Positions 9,634-18,278 of a stretch of DNA of 64,000 bases are shown piece after piece. Origin of the DNA: an uncultured Flavobacterium sp. (GTDB lineage: Bacteria > Bacteroidota > Bacteroidia > Flavobacteriales > Flavobacteriaceae); assembly GCF_963925185.1 (NCBI RefSeq), contig NZ_CAWURC010000027.1:26220-90219 (forward strand), read 5' to 3'. The notes under the pieces are model-generated. The model searched no databases. It saw only the letters and a list, made by a program, of their open reading frames with translations, and was not told the origin of the DNA. The stretch's first letter is position 1, and each line of letters opens with the position of its first letter. A program made the position numbers and the translations under genes.

Positions 9634-10631
9634 ACCCGTTGGGTGTAATTAAATTATTTGATTTTTAATATTGTTTATTGGTCTATCAAAAATGAATTTA
9701 TTTACATATTGAACCAATGTTAATGCTGTTATTTTTGCTAATATTCTTGTTTTAAATCCTTCAAAAGATTTAGCGTAATTGTTTCTAATTTTGAACTGGT
9801 CACATAATTGAGAAAATAATGTTTCAATTCTTTTTCTTGATTTTCTAAAGATATAAGCCTGTGGTTTATAATCTATTTGATTTTTTCTTTTTGGTGGTTC
9901 TAATTTGATATTTACCGTTTGAAACAAATCCAATTGAATAGTTTTTGATAAATAACCTCTATCTCCAAGTAGCACACAATCAGACATTTGTTGTTTTATA
10001 TTCTTCAAAAAATGTACATCATGAACTTCTGCTTTTGTAATATCTAATGAATGAAAAATACCTGATACAGAACAAACTCCGTGAAGTTTATAACCATAAA
10101 ACCAAGTGTTTTGTGAAGCACAAAATCCTTTTGATGGAGCTGCCTCAAACTCTTTTTTACAGATTTTAATTCTTCGATGAAGAGCAAATTTGCAAATCTC
10201 TAAGGGCATACTATCAACAATAAAGTAATCTTCAAACTCCAAAAAACGAGATGCTAATTTTAACCTAACTTCTTCTGAAAATAAAAATAATTTTCTTCTT
10301 CTTTTATTGAACTGACTTCGCTCAATTAAATTTGGAATTTGACTAATGTCTACCAATTTAAACAATGAGTTTTCACTGTCAATCGACATAAATTCAGCTG
10401 TCAAACTCAATGCAATAATCTCTAAATCAGACATTTTGTTCTTTCGACCAACTCCAGATTTATATTCTAATTCACAATTCAAAGAACTTATAACTTCTAA
10501 AACTCTTAAATAATTTTTAACTATATTTGTCATAAATATTGGTTGTTTAGCGACTTCAAGATACTGAATTTCAGTGTCTTGACCAACATTTAATCAATTT
10601 ATTTTACTTTAAATAATTGCACCCAACGGGT
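9634..10631 (-). mobile_element. IS982-family insertion sequence, 998 bp
   Basis: IR ACCCGTTGGGTGTAATTA (9634-9651) vs TAATTGCACCCAACGGGT (10614-10631), 17/18 match; 9-bp direct repeat TTATTCCTT at 9625-9633 and 10632-10640. Confidence 0.95.
9649..10533 (-). CDS. IS982-family DDE transposase
   Basis: 294 aa intact; IVDSMP, GYKLH, LGDRGY, RKRIETLFSQL carry the D-D-E triad. Confidence 0.92.
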   Translation of the reverse strand: MTNIVKNYLRVLEVISSLNCELEYKSGVGRKNKMSDLEIIALSLTAEFMSIDSENSLFKLVDISQIPNLIERSQFNKRRRKLFLFSEEVRLKLASRFLEFEDYFIVDSMPLEICKFALHRRIKICKKEFEAAPSKGFCASQNTWFYGYKLHGVCSVSGIFHSLDITKAEVHDVHFLKNIKQQMSDCVLLGDRGYLSKTIQLDLFQTVNIKLEPPKRKNQIDYKPQAYIFRKSRKRIETLFSQLCDQFKIRNNYAKSFEGFKTRILAKITALTLVQYVNKFIFDRPINNIKNQII

Positions 10632-10703
10632 TTATTCCTTATAAAATTTTAAAAAAAACTAAAATAGCAGTGCTTAAAATAATTCAAATTCAAATTATCG
10701 ATT

Positions 10704-10834
10704 TCAAAAAACCAATAACCCAAACTCCATTAAAGTATTCACGGGTTTCGAATACCAAAACAATTCAAAATCTTTAAATCACTTTCGAAATGAGTTTTAA
10801 ACTCCTGAAAAAGAGAAGTTTTAGTATTTGAAAT
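10704..10834 (-). pseudogene. Orphan 3' end (about 43 codons) of the B12 radical SAM gene
   Basis: Reads ISNTKTSLFQEFKTHFESDL-(frameshift)-DFELFWYSKPVNTLMEFGLLVF*, versus VSNAKTYSFQEIKSDFETHLEDFELFWYSKPVNTLMEFGLLVF* at 14588-14720. Confidence 0.9.
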
Positions 10835-10843
10835 CTATAAATT

Positions 10844-11359
10844 TTAAAATTTAAACTCCAATTGAGTATTAGGGTTGTTTAATCTTCCACTTTTGCGTTT
10901 GCCAAAAAGTTCAACATGAACGATATTCATTTGATCTTCGAAGATGTCACAAAGAATACTGTCCTCTATTTTTATTTTTTCAAAAGGTTTTGCAGGTTCT
11001 ATTTCTAAATATACATTGACAACCTCTCGATCAATTTCGAAACCTATATACTTTTGGGATTGTTTTTTATCGTTTATTGCGATTTGCAAATGATTTTGCA
11101 TGTATTGCTTTATAATAAAATCCATTTGGTTGTGCAAATCAGGAGCAGTAAAATCAATTTTGGTTTTGTTTTGTTTGCGCAGTGCATTTTCAAAATCATC
11201 GGCATATAATTTACATAAAATCTCAATACTTTTTTGTTTGCTATTAAATGATATTTCTGCAGTACTTACGTGTAATGGATGAATATCAAAAGTGTTAAAA
11301 GAATGGAAACCAAATAATAAAATGAAGAATAATACTGTTTTTGAGTATAAAAAATACAT
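10844..11359 (-). CDS. DUF6702 family exported protein
   Basis: Signal peptide followed by HPLHVS; ADDFENALR, FEDQMNIVHV. Confidence 0.8.
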   Translation of the reverse strand: MYFLYSKTVLFFILLFGFHSFNTFDIHPLHVSTAEISFNSKQKSIEILCKLYADDFENALRKQNKTKIDFTAPDLHNQMDFIIKQYMQNHLQIAINDKKQSQKYIGFEIDREVVNVYLEIEPAKPFEKIKIEDSILCDIFEDQMNIVHVELFGKRKSGRLNNPNTQLEFKF

Positions 11360-11447
11360 GATAAATAATATTTTTGCTAAATGAATAAAAATACAATACT
11401 TTTATCGTCCAAAAGTAATAAATGCTAGCCAATAAAACAGAACTTAA

Positions 11448-12035
11448 ATGCCATTAGAAGATTTTTTATTTTATTTTCAAATAGGCTGGTCACACATGGT
11501 GAGCTTTGATGCACTCGATCATCAATTGTTTATTCTGAGTTTAATAGCCATATACACTCTTTCCGATATTAAAAAAATTATTATACTAGTTACCGCCTTC
11601 ACCATCGGTCATTCGATAACTTTAGTTTTAAGCGTAATAGATGTTTTTCGCTTGCAAAGCAACTGGGTTGAATTTTTAATCCCGTGTACTATTGTTATTA
11701 CAGCGTTGAGTAATATTACAAAAATAAAATATAGAACCAATTTAACTACTATTAAATACTTTTTAGCAATGGGTTTTGGATTAATCCACGGTATGGGTTT
11801 TGCAAATACCATACGCATGATTTTGGCTAAAGATCAAATTATTGGATGGGGTTTATTGGGTTTTAATATAGGTTTGGAAATTGGGCAATTATTTTTTGTA
11901 GCCTTTCTTCTATTTTTTACAACATTAGCTCTGAAATACTTTAAAGTAAAAAAATCCAATTGGGTATTATTTATTTCCGTTGCCATATTTAGTCTGTCAT
12001 TACAAATGGCTATAAAACGAATTCCTTTAAATTAA
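11448..12035 (+). CDS. HupE/UreJ family membrane protein
   Basis: DHQLFILSL, TAFTIGHSITL, FGLIHGMGFA, FNIGLEIGQ motifs. Confidence 0.9.
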   Translation: MPLEDFLFYFQIGWSHMVSFDALDHQLFILSLIAIYTLSDIKKIIILVTAFTIGHSITLVLSVIDVFRLQSNWVEFLIPCTIVITALSNITKIKYRTNLTTIKYFLAMGFGLIHGMGFANTIRMILAKDQIIGWGLLGFNIGLEIGQLFFVAFLLFFTTLALKYFKVKKSNWVLFISVAIFSLSLQMAIKRIPLN

Positions 12036-12056
12036 TAATAATAATAATAATAATAA
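12033..12056 (+). repeat. (TAA)8 microsatellite linking the hupE/ureJ stop to the M1 peptidase start
   Basis: taa x8; first unit is the stop codon, last A is the A of ATG 12056. Confidence 0.9.
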
Positions 12057-14443
12057 TGAACAAATTTACAAAAACAGTGTTGCTGATGACTTTTATAAGT
12101 CAGGTAACAATGGGACAAAATATTTTAAATAATCCGGGAAGTAATCACGGAAATAAGTTTGAACAGTTGGGAAGTATTTTAACAACTCCCAATGAACAGC
12201 GCACTGCAAGCGGGGCTCCTGGTGCTAAATACTGGCAACAACGCGCGGATTATAACATTAACTGCGAACTAGACGAAAAAAACTTGACTTTAATCGGAAG
12301 TGAAACTATTACTTACTTTAATAATTCACCTGATGTATTGACCTACGTTTGGTTACAACTTGATGAGAATGAGCACAACAATTTAAAAAATGCCAACTAT
12401 CAAAGCGCAAGTATTATGCCTACAAAAAGCAACAACACTTTGGTAGACAATAATTTAGAAAGTAAAAATCCAAACGACAACGGTGCGGGAATTAACATAG
12501 TAAATTTAACCGATGCTACAGGGAAAAAATTAAAATATACTATTAACAAAACAATGATGCGCATAGAAATTCCTGAATTAAAATCAGGACAGCAATTTGT
12601 TTTTAATGTTGATTGGAATTACAAAATTACAAATCGTATTGCAGATGGAGGCCGAGGAGGCTATGAGTTTTTTCCAAACGAAAAAAATTATATTTTTACA
12701 ATGTCACAATGGTATCCTCGCTTGTGTGTATACAGCGATTTTCAAGGATGGCAAAACCATCAATTTACTGGAAGAGGTGAATTTGCATTAACTTTTGGTA
12801 ATTTTAATGTAAAAATGACCGTTCCAGCCAATCATATCATTACTTCAACTGGGGAATGTACCAATTATAATACTGTATTAACACCCTTACAATTAGCTCG
12901 TTACCAAAAAGCACAAACAGCAACTACACCTTTAGAAGTAGTTACATTGGAAGAAGCCCTACTATCGGAACAAAACAATACAAATGCTAAAAAAACATGG
13001 ATATATAAAGCCAACAATGTGCGAGATTTTGCTTGGGGTTCTTCTCCAAAATTTGTCTGGGATGCTATGTCACTAAGCATAAAAGACAAAAAAGTAATGT
13101 GCATGAGTTTTTACGGCAAAGAAGCTTATGGCTTGTATCGGAAATTTTCGACTCATGCTGTTGCACATTCTATAAAAACATATTCCGATTTTACAATCCC
13201 ATATCCATATCCTGTAGCTCAAAGTGTAGAAGCAGCCAACGGCATGGAATATCCAATGATTTGTTTCAACTATGGCCGTACAAGTGCCGATGGCTCTTAT
13301 AGTGAAAGTACTAAAAACGGAATGCTTGGAGTAATAATACACGAAGTAGGCCACAACTTTTTTCCCATGATAATAAACAGTGACGAACGCCAATGGAGTT
13401 GGATGGATGAAGGATTGAACTCATTTGTAGAATATTTAACAGAAGAACTTTGGGACAATAAATTCCCAAGTAAAAAAGGTCCCGCTTATACAATTGTAAA
13501 TTACATGAAATTGCCTAAAGATCAATTAGAGCCAATTATGTCGAACTCTGAAAATATTATAAACTTCGGCCCTAATGCCTATTCTAAACCAGCTACTGGA
13601 TTGAATATATTGCGTGAAACAATTATGGGAAGAGAATTATTTGATTATGCTTTTAAAGAATACGCAAAACGTTGGGCGTTTAAACATCCTACACCTGCTG
13701 ATTTTTTTCGAACTATGGAAGACGCTAGCGCAGAAGATTTAGATTGGTTTTGGAGAGGATGGTTTTATGGTACAGATCCTTGTGACATTGCTCTAGAAAG
13801 TGTGAAATTTGCAAAAGCAGACTACACTCCCGTTGCTGTTGAAGATAAAAGAGATAGAAAGAACCGTAACGATAAACCAATGATTAATACTTTTGAAGAT
13901 ATTTCAAAAATTAGAAATCGCACTTCAAATGATTTGAAATTCTATACTGATATTGATTTAGATGCTAGAGATTTCTATTGGAAGTATGCACGTGGTTTGG
14001 TTGAAATAGATTCTACTTTGATACTGAAAAAAATGCCAGATCCTGAAATTTTACCCGCCGAAGAATTTACTGCCGAAGAAAAAGAAAAATATAGCAATAT
14101 GTTCTTTTATGAACTTAACTTTGCCAACAAAGGAGGATTAGTTATGCCAATTATCGTTGAATTCACATTTAAAGATGGAACACAATTAATTGATAAAATT
14201 CCTGCGCAAATTTGGAGGCTTAATGAATTAAAAACATCAAAATTTTATGTGCATGACAAAGAGGTGGCTTCTATAAAATTAGATCCAATGCTCGAAACCG
14301 CTGATATAGATGTAAATAATAATGTTTGGGGAGCAGATACAGTTGAGCCATCGAAATTACAAATGTTTAAAGCACGTAATGGAGCTAAACCGGCTAGAGG
14401 ACAATCAGCTGGACAAAACCCTATGCAGTTGGAAAAGAAATAG
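12056..14443 (+). CDS. Secreted M1 family zinc metallopeptidase
   Basis: Signal peptide; GMEYP, HEVGH-X18-E (WMDEG), AYSKP. Confidence 0.92.
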   Translation: MNKFTKTVLLMTFISQVTMGQNILNNPGSNHGNKFEQLGSILTTPNEQRTASGAPGAKYWQQRADYNINCELDEKNLTLIGSETITYFNNSPDVLTYVWLQLDENEHNNLKNANYQSASIMPTKSNNTLVDNNLESKNPNDNGAGINIVNLTDATGKKLKYTINKTMMRIEIPELKSGQQFVFNVDWNYKITNRIADGGRGGYEFFPNEKNYIFTMSQWYPRLCVYSDFQGWQNHQFTGRGEFALTFGNFNVKMTVPANHIITSTGECTNYNTVLTPLQLARYQKAQTATTPLEVVTLEEALLSEQNNTNAKKTWIYKANNVRDFAWGSSPKFVWDAMSLSIKDKKVMCMSFYGKEAYGLYRKFSTHAVAHSIKTYSDFTIPYPYPVAQSVEAANGMEYPMICFNYGRTSADGSYSESTKNGMLGVIIHEVGHNFFPMIINSDERQWSWMDEGLNSFVEYLTEELWDNKFPSKKGPAYTIVNYMKLPKDQLEPIMSNSENIINFGPNAYSKPATGLNILRETIMGRELFDYAFKEYAKRWAFKHPTPADFFRTMEDASAEDLDWFWRGWFYGTDPCDIALESVKFAKADYTPVAVEDKRDRKNRNDKPMINTFEDISKIRNRTSNDLKFYTDIDLDARDFYWKYARGLVEIDSTLILKKMPDPEILPAEEFTAEEKEKYSNMFFYELNFANKGGLVMPIIVEFTFKDGTQLIDKIPAQIWRLNELKTSKFYVHDKEVASIKLDPMLETADIDVNNNVWGADTVEPSKLQMFKARNGAKPARGQSAGQNPMQLEKK

Positions 14444-14466
14444 AAACACTATTTTTCTCATAAAAT

Positions 14467-14507
14467 AAAAAAGCTGTACAACATTTATTTATTGTACAGC
14501 TTTTTTT
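14467..14507. terminator. Bidirectional intrinsic terminator
   Basis: aaaaaagctgtacaa / ttgtacagcttttttt between convergent genes. Confidence 0.85.
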
Positions 14508-14587
14508 ATTTTCCTTTATTTATAACTTGAATCTAGCCTTCAATACTTATTCCATTTAAAAAAAGAGCAATGAATGATGCTTTTTTT

Positions 14588-16792
14588 TTAGAATACCAAT
14601 AACCCAAATTCCATTAAAGTATTCACGGGTTTCGAATACCAAAACAATTCGAAATCTTCTAAATGAGTTTCAAAGTCGGATTTAATTTCTTGAAAACTAT
14701 AGGTTTTAGCATTGGAAACCGAAATATTTTCGAGCATTTTTGCCAGCCATTCCCCTTCATTTTTGCCAGTTTGAATGGTAAAACTTTCTTTCTTGTCGTG
14801 AAAAGTCAAAGTCATCATTTCCCAAGAATTTCCTTTTTTGGATTTTGTGAAATATTCTACAATTGGCTTCCCTCCTAGCCAAATAATTTTTGCAGTTAGT
14901 TTTGTGTTAAATTCTTGATCTTCTTCCAAAGCATTGGCAATAAAATCGGGACGGACTTTTGTTTTCGGGATTTTAAAGTCGAACCATTCCTGCAATTCGT
15001 AGTCAAAGCAAATCCTGTGCATAAAATTGAATAAGGATTTCTTTAATCCAAAACTGAATTTGTCGTGATCAATTCCTGTTTTATCAACATAATTAATATC
15101 ATTATTTGCGAAAGTTCCAATAATTTCTGTTTCTTTCACAACACCAAATTTCTCCGGATGCATTCCCACAGGACTGTGCGCCGTCATCGCAAATTGATGC
15201 CAAAAACCCGATTGCAAAACGCCAATTTCAAACAATTGTCGCACAATTTCTAGACTGTCTATCGTTTCCTGAACCGTTTGCGTTGGATAACCATACATCA
15301 AATAAGCGTGAACCATAATTCCGGCATCGGTAAAATTTCTAGTGACTTTTGCTACTTGTTCCACCGTCACGCCTTTGTCAATTAGTTCCAATAATCGGTC
15401 CGAAGCGACTTCTAGCCCACCAGAAACGGCGATACATCCCGAAGCTTTAAGTAGTAAGCATAAATCTCTTGTGAAACTTTTCTCAAATCGAATGTTCGTC
15501 CACCAAGTGACTGATAATTTCCTGCGAAGAATTTCGAGTGCCAGAGCGCGCATCAAAGCTGGAGGAGCTGCTTCATCTACAAAATGAAACCCATTTTGTC
15601 CTGTTTGCGCTATCATTTCTTCCATTCGATCACACAGTAAATTGGCTGCAATAGGTTCGTAAATTTTAATATAATCTAATGAAATATCGCAAAATGTGCA
15701 TTTCCCCCAATAACAACCGTGAGCCATCGTGAGTTTGTTCCATCGACCGTCACTCCACATTCGGTGCATTGGATTCACAATTTCAATTACCGAAATGTAT
15801 TTATCCAAAAGCAAATCCGAATAATCGGGTGTACCAACTTCTGATTGTTTATAGTCACTTCTTGTGGAATTGTTTTTATAAACTACTTTGTCGTTTTCAA
15901 GAAGGAAAGTTCTCTTGAATTCCCCTTCGACAAGCTTAGGTTGACAAACGGCTTCGAATAATAGTTCTACTGGTAATTCGCCATCATCCAAAGTGATATA
16001 ATCGAAGAACTCGAAAACGCGAGCATCCGAAAGCGAACGCAATTCGGTATTAGGAAATCCGCCACCCATAGCAATTTTGATGTTTGCATGGTGTTTTTTT
16101 ACATATTGAGCAGAACGAAAAGCTGCATATAAATTCCCCGGGAAAGGAACCGAAATCAAGAATAATTCGGGTTGGATGGTTTCTATTTTTGCTGCCAGAA
16201 TCGAAATTAAAATATTGTCAATATAAGTAGGTTCTTCTTGTAAAGCCAAATATATTTCGTCGAAAGAATTAGCGCTTCTGCCCAAACGTTCCGCATACCG
16301 GCTGAACCCAAAATTAGCATCGACACAATCCACAATGAAATCCGAAATATCTTCGAGATATAGAGTGGCCAAATGTTTGGCTTTATCCTGCGTTCCCATT
16401 GTTCCGAAAGCCCAATCAGTATCTTCGAGTTGCGCAAACCGAGATGCTTCCGGCAAGAAATCTTCCTGACAAATTTGCAATGCCAATGTTGGATTTTTAC
16501 CTTGTAAAAAAGAAATAACACCATCAATCGTTTTAATATATTCGTCTTGTAAAGCTAAAATACGGGAGGAATTATCCGAAATTTCGGAAACTTCAAACTT
16601 TAAACTTTTAACTTTAAACAAATTTTGAAGTCCTTCCTTCGAAAATAATTTTAAAATCACTTCTATACCCAAATCTGCTTGTGTTGCTGGAATATTTTTG
16701 GTGTTCAGAAAACCTTTGATATAAGCCGTTGCCGGATACGGTGTATTCAGTTGGGTAAACGGTGGCGTGATTATAAATACGTTGGTTTTCAA
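14588..16792 (-). CDS. B12-binding domain radical SAM protein
   Basis: CYWGKCTFC (CX3CX2C), SVPFPGNL / GGGFPNT cobalamin-binding segment, FHFVDEA, GGLE. Confidence 0.9.
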   Translation of the reverse strand: MKTNVFIITPPFTQLNTPYPATAYIKGFLNTKNIPATQADLGIEVILKLFSKEGLQNLFKVKSLKFEVSEISDNSSRILALQDEYIKTIDGVISFLQGKNPTLALQICQEDFLPEASRFAQLEDTDWAFGTMGTQDKAKHLATLYLEDISDFIVDCVDANFGFSRYAERLGRSANSFDEIYLALQEEPTYIDNILISILAAKIETIQPELFLISVPFPGNLYAAFRSAQYVKKHHANIKIAMGGGFPNTELRSLSDARVFEFFDYITLDDGELPVELLFEAVCQPKLVEGEFKRTFLLENDKVVYKNNSTRSDYKQSEVGTPDYSDLLLDKYISVIEIVNPMHRMWSDGRWNKLTMAHGCYWGKCTFCDISLDYIKIYEPIAANLLCDRMEEMIAQTGQNGFHFVDEAAPPALMRALALEILRRKLSVTWWTNIRFEKSFTRDLCLLLKASGCIAVSGGLEVASDRLLELIDKGVTVEQVAKVTRNFTDAGIMVHAYLMYGYPTQTVQETIDSLEIVRQLFEIGVLQSGFWHQFAMTAHSPVGMHPEKFGVVKETEIIGTFANNDINYVDKTGIDHDKFSFGLKKSLFNFMHRICFDYELQEWFDFKIPKTKVRPDFIANALEEDQEFNTKLTAKIIWLGGKPIVEYFTKSKKGNSWEMMTLTFHDKKESFTIQTGKNEGEWLAKMLENISVSNAKTYSFQEIKSDFETHLEDFELFWYSKPVNTLMEFGLLVF
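16588..16619. repeat. Heptamer tandem repeat (AAACTTT-like x4.5) inside radical SAM CDS
   Basis: aaacttc aaacttt aaacttt taacttt aaac; encodes FKVKSLKFEVS. Confidence 0.75.
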
Positions 16793-16892
16793 AGGAAATT
16801 GATTTGTGCAAAAATAACTGCAAAAAATAACTTTATTGCTTTTATCATTAAAAACTATTCACTTGAACATTTTTAATTAATAAAGTATCGCA

Positions 16893-18176
16893 TCAAAACC
16901 GATGCTCCCTTTTTCTAATTGCCAAAAGTGCCAAGAAAGAAATCAACGCAGCAACCGATAAATAATACCCAACATATCCAATTCCGTACTTTGTCGCCAA
17001 CCAAATAGCAATCAATGGCGCAAAAGAAGCGCCCAATATTCCGGCCAAATTAAAGGTTAAGGACGCTCCAGAATACCGAACTTCAGTTGGAAACAACTCC
17101 GATAAAAAAGTTCCTAGTGGCCCATAAGTAAACCCCATTAATCCCATTCCTAAACAGATGAAAGTGGTAATTAAAAAAGTACTTCCGGAATCCATAAAAT
17201 AAGAGAAACTGAGACCAAACAGTCCAATTGCCAATGAAACGATCAACAAGACCAATCGTCTTCCGAAACGATCCGCAAATACTGCCGAAAGTGGAATTCC
17301 TATTACAAAAAACAAGATGGCAAATAGTTCAATAATCAAAAAATCACGACGGCTGAACCCTAAATGGGTTGTCGCCCAGCTCAAACTAAAAACGGTCATT
17401 AAATAAAAAGTGGCAAAGGTTGCGACTGCTGTAAAAGTTCCAAAAATCAATTCCCATTTATAGGATTTTAAAATAGTAAGCAAGGGAATTTGAACTTGCT
17501 TTTTAGCTTCTAAAGATTGCACAAAAGAAGGTGTCTCTGTAATTTTCATACGTATGTAAAAACCAACACCAACCAATAACGAACTAGCAATAAAAGGAAT
17601 TCTCCATCCAAAATCAAAAAACTGTTCGTTGGTCAATGTATCGCTCAACAAAAGGAAAGTTCCTCCAGAAAGCAACAAACCTATTGGCGCTCCAAGCTGA
17701 GGAAACATTCCGTACCAAGCTCGTTTTCCGGGAGGTGCGTTTTCAATTGCCAATAAAACGGCTCCACCCCATTCGCCACCCAAACCAAGACCTTGGCCAA
17801 AACGGCAAAGCATCAATAATAATGGTGCCGCTATTCCGATACTATGATAAGTAGGCAATAATCCAATACAAACTGTAGAAATCCCCATCGTCAATAACGC
17901 CGCAACAAGCGTAGCTTTTCTACCTATTTTGTCTCCAAAATGCCCAAAAACAGCCGAACCAATTGGTCTAGCGAAAAAGGCAATAGAAAAAGTGGCCAAG
18001 GATTCAATGGTGGAAGTGGTAGGATCAGATCCTGGAAAAAATAATTGCGGAAATACCAAAACCGCTGCATTTGCATAAATATAAAAATCAAAAAACTCGA
18101 TGGTAGTACCAATTAAACTGCCAAAAAGAACGTGTTTTAATGAGTTATTTTTTTTTGGATTGAGATTCTCTTTCAT
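16893..18176 (-). CDS. MFS transporter, metabolite:H+ symporter (ShiA-like) family
   Basis: GTTIEFFDFYIY, FGHFGDKIGRK, QGLGLGGEWGGA, ELFPTEVRYSG; likely start ATG 18176. Confidence 0.9.
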   Translation of the reverse strand: MKENLNPKKNNSLKHVLFGSLIGTTIEFFDFYIYANAAVLVFPQLFFPGSDPTTSTIESLATFSIAFFARPIGSAVFGHFGDKIGRKATLVAALLTMGISTVCIGLLPTYHSIGIAAPLLLMLCRFGQGLGLGGEWGGAVLLAIENAPPGKRAWYGMFPQLGAPIGLLLSGGTFLLLSDTLTNEQFFDFGWRIPFIASSLLVGVGFYIRMKITETPSFVQSLEAKKQVQIPLLTILKSYKWELIFGTFTAVATFATFYLMTVFSLSWATTHLGFSRRDFLIIELFAILFFVIGIPLSAVFADRFGRRLVLLIVSLAIGLFGLSFSYFMDSGSTFLITTFICLGMGLMGFTYGPLGTFLSELFPTEVRYSGASLTFNLAGILGASFAPLIAIWLATKYGIGYVGYYLSVAALISFLALLAIRKREHRF

Positions 18177-18278
18177 AGAATTATTATAATATTTGGATAA
18201 AAATGATATTAATATTCGAAAGTAACAAATATTTAGTTCCAATAATTTTTGGTATTTTTACTCAAAATAAAATTCATT

